Source of the DNA: Centroscyllium fabricii
Lineage: Eukaryota
NCBI GenBank assembly: GCA_051313645.2
Contig: JBNRSN020000166.1
Location: 744,001 to 808,000, forward strand
Reading direction: 5' to 3'
Length of the DNA stretch: 64,000 bases
Below are positions 55,876-64,000 of this stretch, piece after piece (position 1 is the stretch's first letter; each line of letters begins with the position of its first letter). Made by a program: the position numbers and the translations under genes. Below the pieces are notes generated by a model, which was not told where the DNA came from, made no database searches, and saw only the letters and a list, made by a program, of their open reading frames with translations.

Positions 55876-58800
55876 AGTGTGTCTAATAACTGAAATCAGT
55901 GACAGTATGTCTAATAACTGAAATCAGTGACTGTATGTCTAATAACTGAAATCAGTGACTGTCTGTCTAATAACTGAAATCAGTGACTATGTCTAATAAC
56001 TGAAATCAGTGACAGTGTGTCTAATAACTGAAATCACTGACAGTGTGTCTAATAACAAAACTAGGGACAGTGTGTCTAATAACTGAAATCAGTGACAGTG
56101 TGTCTAATAACTGAAATCAGTGACTGTATGTCTAATAACTGAAATCAGTGACTGTATGTCTAATAACTGAAATCAGTGACAGTGTGTCTAATAACTGAAA
56201 TCAGTGACTGTCTGTCTAATAACTGAAATCAGTGACTGTATGACTAATAACTGAAATCAGTGATTATGTCTAATAACTGAAATCAGTGACAGTGCCTAAT
56301 AACTAAAATCAGTGACTGTATGTCTAATAACTGAAATCAGTGAATGTATGTCTAATAACTGAAATCAGTGACTGTGTGTCTAATAACCAAACTAGTGACA
56401 GTGTGTCTAATAACAGAAATCAGTGACAGTGCGTCTAATAACAGAAATCAGTGACTGTATGTCTAATAACTGAAATCAGTGACAGTGTGTCTAATAACTG
56501 AAATCAATGACTGTATGTCTAATAACTGAAATCAGTGACAGTGTGTCTAATGACTGAAATCAGTGACAGTGTGTCTAATAACTGAAATCAGTGACTGTAT
56601 GTCTAATTACTGAAATCAGTGACTGTATGTCTAATAACTGAAATCATTGACAGTGTGTCTAATAACTGAAATCCGTGACAGTGTGTCTAATATCTGAAAT
56701 CAGTGACAGTGTGTCTAATAACTGAAATCAGTGACAGTGTGTCTAATAACAAAACTAGTGACAGCGTGTCTAAAAACAGAAATCAGTGACAGTGTGTCTA
56801 ATAACTGAAATCAGTGACAGTGTGTCTAATAACTGAAATCAGTGACTGTATGTCTAATAGCTGAAATCAGTGACAGTGTGTCTAAAAACAAAACTAGTGA
56901 CAGTGTGTCTAATAACAGAAATCAGTGACTGTATGTCTAATAACTGAAATCAGTGACAGTGTGTCTAATAACAGAAATCAGTGACAGTGTGTCTAATTAC
57001 AAAACTAGGGACAGTGTGTCTAATAACTGAAATCAGTGACTGTGTGTCTAATAACTGAAATCAGTGATAGTGTGTCTAATAACAGAAATCAGTGACTGTA
57101 TGTCTAATAACTGAAATCAGTGACAGTGTGTCTAATAACAGAAATCAGTGACAGTGTGCCTAATAACTGAAATCAGTGACTGTATGTCTAATAACTGAAA
57201 TCAGTGACTGTCTGTCTAATAACTGAAATCAATGACTGTATGTCTAATAACTGAAATCAGTGACAGTGTGTCCAATAACTGAATCAGTGACAGTGTGTCT
57301 AATAACTGAAATCAGTGACAGTGTGTCTAATAATTGCAATCAATGACAGTGTGTCTAATAACTGCAATCAGTGACAGTGTGTCTAATAACTGCAATCAGT
57401 GACAGTGTGACTAATAACTGGTATCAGTGACAGTGTGTCTAATAACTGAAATCAGTGACAGTGTGTCTAATAACTGAAATCAGTGACAGTATGTCTAATA
57501 ACTGAAATCAGTGACTGTATGTCTAATAACTGAAATCAGTGACTGTCTGTCTAATAACTGAAATCAGTGACTATGTCTAATAACTGAAATCAGTGACAGT
57601 GTGTCTAATAACTGAAATCTCTGACAGTGTGTCTAATAACAAAACTAGGGAGAGTGTGTCTAATAACTGAAATCAGTGACAGTGTGTCTAATAACTGAAA
57701 TCAGTGACTGTATGTCTAATAACTGAAATCAGTGACTGTATGTCTAATAACTGAAATCAGTGACAGTGTGTCTAATAACTGAAATCAGTGACTGTCTGTC
57801 TAATAACTGAAATCAGTGACTGTATGTCTAATAACTGAAATCAGTGATTATGTCTAATAACTGAAATCAGTGACAGTGCCTAATAACTAAAATCAGTGAC
57901 TGTATGTCTAATAACTGAAATCAGTGAATGTATGTCTAATAACTGAAATCAATGACTGTGTGTCTAATAACCAAACTAGTGACAGTGTGTCTAATAACAG
58001 AAATCAGTGACAGTGCATCTAATAACTGAAATCAGTGACTGTATGTCTAATAACTGAAATCAGTGACTGTCTGTCTAATAACTGAAATCAATGACTGTAT
58101 GTCTAATAACTGATTCAGTGACAGTGTGTCTAATGACTGAAATCAGTGACAGTGTGTCTAATAACTGAAATCAGTGACTGTATGTCTAATTACTGAAATC
58201 AGTGACTGTATGTCTAATAACTGAAATCATTGACAGTGTGTCTAATAACTGAAATCCGTGACAGTGTGTCTAATATCTGAAATCAGTGAAAGTGTGTCTA
58301 ATAACTGAAATCAGTGACAGTGTGTCTAATAACAAAACGAGTGACAGCGTGTCTAATAACAGAAATCAGTGACAGTGTGTCTAATAACTGAAATCAGTGA
58401 CTGTGTGTCTAATAACTGAAATCAGTGACTGTATGTCTAATAGCTGAAATCAGTGACAGTGTGTCTAATAACAAAACTAGTGACAGTGTGTCTAATAACA
58501 GAAATCAGTGACTGTATGTCTAATAACTGAAATCAGTGACAGTGTGTCTAATAACAGAAATCAGTGACAGTGTGTCTAATTACAAAACTAGGGACAGTGT
58601 GTCTAATAACTGAAATCAGTGACTGTGTGTCTAATAACTGAAATCAGTGACAGTGTGTCTAATAACAGAAATCAGTGACTGTATGTCTAATAACTGAAAT
58701 CAGTGACAGTGTTTCTAATAACAGAAATCAGTGACAGTGTGCCTAATAACTGAAATCAGTGACAGTGTGTCTAATAACATAAATCAGTGATACTGTGTCT

Positions 58801-61800
58801 AATAACTGAAATCAGTGACTGTATGTCTAATAACTGAAATCAGTGACAGTGTATCTAATAACTGAAATCAGTGACAGTGTGTCTAATTACAAAACTAGGG
58901 ACAGTGTGTCTAATAACTGAAATCAGTGACTGTGTGTCTAATAACTGCAATCAGTGACAGTGTGTCTAATAACAGAAATCAGTGACTGTATATCTAATAA
59001 CTGAAATCAGTGACAGTGTGTCTAATAACAGAAATCAGTGACAGTGTGCCTAATAACTGAAATCAGTGACAGTGTGTCTAATAACAGAAATCAGTGACAG
59101 TGTGTCTAATAAATGAAATCAGTGACTGTATATCTAATAACTGAAATCAGTGACAGTGTATCTAATAACTGAAATCAGTGACAGTGTGTCCAATAACTGA
59201 AATCAGTGACAGTGTGCCTAATAACTGCAATCAGTGACAGTGTGTCTAATAACTGCAATCAGTGACAGTGTGTCTAATAACTGGTATCAGTGACAGTGTA
59301 TCTAATGACTGAAACCAGTGACAGTGGGTCTAATAACTGAAATCAGTGACAGTGTGTCTAATAACTGAAATCAGTGACAGTGTGTCTAATAACTGAAATC
59401 AGTGACTGTATGTCTAATAACTGAAATCAGTGACAGTGTGTCTAATAACTGAAATCAGTGACAGTGTGTCTAATAACAAAACTAGGGACAGTGTGTCTAA
59501 TAACTGAAATCAGTGACAGTGTGTCTAATAACTGAAATCAGTGACTGTATGTCTAATAACTGAAATCAGTGACTGCAAGTCTAATAACTGAAATCAGTGA
59601 CAGTGTGTCTAATAACTGAAATCAGTGACTGTCTGTCTGATAACTGAAATCAGTGTATGTATGTCTAATAACTGAAATCAGTGATTATGTCTAATAACTG
59701 AAATCAGTGACAGTGTGTCTAATAACTGAAATCAGTGACTGTATGTCTAATAACTGAAATCAGTGACTGTATGTCTAATAACTGAAATCAGTGACTGTGT
59801 CTAATAACCAATCTAGTGACAGTGTGTCTAATAACAGAAATCAGTGACAGTGTGTCTAATAACAGAAATCAGTGACTGTATGTCTAATAACTGAAATCAG
59901 TGACTGTCTGTCTAATAACTGAAATCAGTGACTGTATGTCTAATAACTGAAATCAGTGACAGGGTGTCTAATAACTGAAAACAGTGACAGTGTGTCTAAT
60001 AACTGAAATCAGTGACTGTATGTCTAATACTGAATTCAGTGACTGTATGTCTAATAATTGAAATCAGTGACAGTGTGTCTAATAACTGAAATCAGTGACA
60101 GTGTGTCTATTAACTGAAATCAGTGACAGTGTGTCTAAAAACTGAAATCAGTGACTGTATGTCTAATAACTGAAATCAGTGACTGTATGTCTAATAACTG
60201 AAATCAGTGACTACGTCTAATAACTGAAATCAGTGACAGTGTGTCTAATAATTGAAATTAGTGACAGTGTGTCTAATAACTGAAATCAGTGACTGTATGT
60301 CTAATAACCGAAATCAGTTACTGTATGTCTAATAACTGAAATCAGTGACTGTATGTCTAATAACTGAAATCAGTGAGTGTGTCTATTAACTGAAATCAGT
60401 GACAGTGTGTCCAATAACTGAAATCAGTGACTGTATGTCTAATAACTGAAATCAGTGACAATGTGTCTAATAACTGAAATCAGTGACAGTGTGTCTAATA
60501 ACTGAAATCAGTGACTGTATGTCTAATAACTGAAATCAGTGACTGTATGTCTAATAACTGAAATCAGTGACAGTGTGTCTAATAACTGAAATCAGTGACA
60601 GTCTGTCTAATAACTGAAAACAGTGACTTTATGTCTAATAACTGAAATCAGTGATTATGACTAATAACTGAAATCAGTGACAGTGTGTCTAACAACTGAA
60701 ATCAGTGACTGTATGTCTAATAACTGAAATCAGTGACTGTATGTCTAATAACTGAAATCAGTGACTGTGTGTCTAATAACCAAACTAGTGACAGTGTGTC
60801 TAATGACAGAAATCAGTGACAGTGTGTCTAATAACAGAAATCAGTGACTGTATGTCTAATAACGGAAATCAGTTACTGTCTGTCTAAAAACTGAAATCAG
60901 TGACTGTATGTCTAATAACTGAAATCAGTGACAGTGTGTCTAATGACTGAAATCAGTGACAGTGTGTCTAATAACTGAAATCAGTGACTGTATGTCTAAT
61001 AACTGAAATCAGTGACTGTATGTCTAATAACTGAAATTAGTGACAGTGTGTCTAATAACAGAAATCCGTCACAGTGTGTCTAATAACTGAAATCAGTGAC
61101 AGTGTGTCTAATAACTGAAATCAGTGACAGTGTGTCTAATAACAAAACTAGTGACAGCGTGTCTAAAAACAGAAATCAGTGACAGTGTGTCCAATAACTG
61201 AAATCAGTGACATTGTGTCTAATAACTGAAATCAGTGACTGTCTGTCTAATAGCTGAAATCAGTGACAGTGTGTCTAATAACAAAACTAGTGACAGTGTG
61301 TCTAATAACAGAAATCAGTGACTGTATGTCTAATAACTGAAATCAGTGACAGTGTGTCTAATAACAGAAATCAGTGACAGTGTGTCTAATTACAAAACTA
61401 GGGACAGTGTGTCTAATAACTGAAATCCGTGACTGTGTGTCTAATAACTGAAATCAGTGACAGTGTGTCTAATAACAGAAATCAATGACTGTATGTCTAA
61501 TAACTGAAATCTGTGACAGTGTGTCTAATAACAGAAATCAGTGACAGTGTGCCTAATAACTGAAATCAGTGACAGTGTGTCTAATAAAATAAATCAGTGA
61601 CAGTGTGTCTAATAACTGAAATCAGTGACTGTATGTCTAATAACTGAAATCAGTGACAGTGTGTCTAATAACTGAAATCAGTGACAGTGTGTCTAATTAC
61701 AAAACTAGGGACAGTGTGTCTAATAACTGATATCAGTGACTGTGTGTCTAATAACTGCAATCAGTGACAGTGTGTCTAATAACAGAAATCAGTGACTGTA

Positions 61801-64000
61801 TTTCTAATAACTGAATTCAGTGACAGTGTGTCTAATAACAGAAATCAGTGACAGTGTGCCTAATAACCGAAATCAGTGACAGTGTGTCTAATAACAGAAA
61901 TCAGTGACAGTGTGTCTAATAACTGAAATCAGTGACTGTATATCTAATAACTGAAATCAGTTACAGTGTATCTAATAACTGAAATCAGTGACAGTGTGTC
62001 CAATAACTGAAATCAGTGACAGTGTGTCTAATAACTGAAATCAGTGACAGTGTGTCTAATAATTGCAATCAATGACAGTGTGTCTAATAACTGCAATCAG
62101 TGACAGTGTGTCTAATAACTGCAATCAGTGACAGTGTGTCTAATAACAGGTATCAGTGACAGTGTGTCTAATAACTGAAATCAGTGACAGTGTGTCTAAT
62201 AACTGAAATCAGTGACAGTATGTCTAATAACTGAAATCAGTGACTGTATGTCTAATAACTGAAATCAGTGACTGTCTGTCTAATAACTGAAATCAGTGAC
62301 TATGTCTAATAACTGAAATCAGTGACAGTGTGTCTAATAACTGAAATCACTGACAGTGTGTCTAATAACAAAACTAGGGACAGTGTGTCTTATAACTGAA
62401 ATCAGTGACAGTGTGTCTAATAACTGAAATCAGTGACTGTATGTCTAATAACTGAAATCAGTGAGTGTATGTCTAATAACTGAAATCAGTGACAGTGTGT
62501 CTAATAACTGAAATCAGTGACTGTCTGTCTAATAACTGAAATCAGTGACTGTATGTCTAATAACTGAAATCAGTGATTATGTCTAATAACTGAAATCAGT
62601 GACAGTGCCTAATAACTAAAATCAGTGACTGTATGTCTAATAACTGAAATCAGTGAATGTATGTCTAATAACTGAAATCAGTGACTGTGTGTCTAATAAC
62701 CAAACTAGTGACAGAGTGTCTAATAACAGAAATCAGTGACAGTGCGTCTAATAACAGAAATCAGTGACTGTATGTCTAATAATTGAAATCAGTGACTGTC
62801 TGTCTAATAACTGAAATCAATGACTGTATGTCTAATAACTGAAATCAGTGACAGTGTGTCTAATGACTGAAATCAGTGACAGTGTGTCTAATAACTGAAA
62901 TCAGTGACTGTATGTCTAATTACTGAAATCAGTGACTGTATGTCTAATAACTGAAATCATTGACAGTGTGTCTAATAACTGAAATCCGTAACAGTGTGTC
63001 TAATATCTGAAATCAGTGACAGTGTGTCTAAAAAATGAAATCAGTGACAGTGTGTCTAATAACAAAACTAGTGACAGCGTGTCTAATAACAGAAATCAGT
63101 GACAGTGTGTCTAATAACTGAAATCAGTGACAGTGTGTCTAATAACTGAAATCAGTGACTGTATGTCTAATAGCTGAAATCAGTGACAGTGTGTCTAATA
63201 ACAAAACTAGTGACAGTGTGTCTAATAACAGAAATCAGTGACTGTATGTCTAATAACTGAAATCAGTGACAGTGTGTCTAATAACAGAAATCAGTGACAG
63301 TGTGTCTAATTACAAAACTAGGGACAGTGTGTCTAATAACTGAAATCAGTGACTGTGTGTCTAATAACTGAAATCAGTGACAGTGTGTCTAATAACAGAA
63401 ATCAGTGACTGTATGTCTAATAACTGAAATCAGTGACAGTGTGTCCAATAACTGAAATCAGTGACAGTGTGTCTAATAACTGAAATCAGTGACTGTGTGT
63501 CTAATAACTGAAATCAGTGACAGTGTGTCTAATAACAGAAATCAGTGACTGTATATCTAATAACTGAAATCAGTGACAGTGTATCTAATAACTGAAATCA
63601 GTGACAGTGTGTCCAATAACTGAAATCAGTGACAGTGTGTCTAATAACTGCAATCAGTGACAGTGTGTCTAATAACTGCAATCAGTGACAGTGTGTCTAA
63701 TAACTGGTATCAGTGACAGTGTGTCTAATGACTGAAACCAGTGACAGTGGGTCTAATAACTGAAATCAGTGACAGTATGTCTAATAACTGAAATCAGTGA
63801 CTGTATGTCTAATAACTGAAATCAGTGACAGTGTGTCTAATAACTGAAATCAGTGACAGTGTGTCTAATAACTGAAATCAGTGACAGTGTGTCTAATAAC
63901 TGAAATCAGTGACAGTGTGTCTAATAACTGAAATCAGTGACAGTGTGTCTAATAACTGAAATCAGTGACTGTATGTCTAATAACTGAAATCAGTGACAGT

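Larger units (their letters stand above)
32050..59300 (+). repeat. Dispersed duplication of about 4.6 kb (about 32050-36680 ~ 54614-59300), offset 22564 bp
   Basis: ccatcac at 32189/54753, tatgActaa at 33677/56241 and ataactgaatcag at 34711/57275 are all +22564. The offset becomes about 22618 after a two-monomer indel near 35760/58320. Confidence 0.82.
1..64000 (+). repeat. 28-bp tandem satellite array, consensus TCTAATAACTGAAATCAGTGACAGTGTG, about 2,300 copies, single orientation, extending beyond both window ends
   Basis: The first unit is 1-28 and the next starts at 29 (tctaataacagaattc...). The same monomer or a 26-29-bp variant continues to base 64000 with no non-repeat sequence seen. 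Copy number is estimated as 64000 divided by about 27.9. Confidence 0.99.

Noticed and set aside
63808-63947. Run of five perfect consensus monomers near the window end as a possible array boundary or new domain
   Set aside because: It is too short to differ from runs of A-type units elsewhere, and variant units resume immediately afterwards.
1-64000. CRISPR array (28-bp, partly palindromic repeat, similar in length to type I-E/I-F repeats)
   Set aside because: Monomers abut directly with no unique spacers. The variable part is only a few bases drawn from a few recurring alleles, and there is no leader or cas gene.
1-64000. Repetitive protein-coding ORF on either strand
   Set aside because: The plus-strand monomer has TAA-TAA and two TGA in two frames, and the minus strand has TGA and TAG in two frames. 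Because 28 is not a multiple of 3, every frame meets a stop within about 2-3 monomers.
1-64000. Telomerase-type telomeric repeat (CTAGGG in some 27-bp units resembles TTAGGG; some yeasts have long telomere units)
   Set aside because: CTAGGG occurs singly in a minority variant and there is no G-rich strand bias. Inherited variants and kb-scale duplications indicate recombinational evolution, not templated synthesis.
1-64000. Sequencing artefact, rolling-circle concatemer or synthetic data-storage DNA
   Set aside because: Variants recur in hierarchical duplicated blocks with differing divergence, which random read error on one template would not produce. There are no adapters, indices or designed code structure. 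Local misassembly of individual blocks remains possible.
1-64000. Embedded transposon, tRNA/rRNA/ncRNA gene or strand inversion
   Set aside because: On reading through, every segment matched the monomer in the same orientation. No reverse-complement units (CACACTGTCACTGATTTCAGTTATTAGA) or foreign sequence were seen, though a very short insert could be missed by eye.

Overview
The whole 64-kb window is one uninterrupted, head-to-tail tandem array of a 28-bp satellite, consensus TCTAATAACTGAAATCAGTGACAGTGTG (about 36% GC, no CpG). It holds roughly 2,300 monomers, all in one orientation, and runs off both ends of the window. I see no ORFs, RNA genes, transposon insertions, unique spacers or inversions. 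The information lies in the monomer variants: a small alphabet of 26-29-bp types recurs in stereotyped orders, forming an irregular, mosaic higher-order repeat. Rare marker variants reveal nested block duplications with offsets of 140, 472/500, 1535, 2170, 2756, 3090, 3868, 8431, 11574, about 13.4 kb and 22564 bp. The left (~1-17 kb) and right (>19 kb) parts carry different diagnostic variants. Each monomer contains two short dyads, ACTGA-AA-TCAGT and GAC-N5-GTC. The best reading is eukaryotic heterochromatic satellite or minisatellite DNA; organism and function cannot be assigned from the sequence. I found no evidence for a new gene-encoded system. All offsets were measured by eye from marker variants, not computed.
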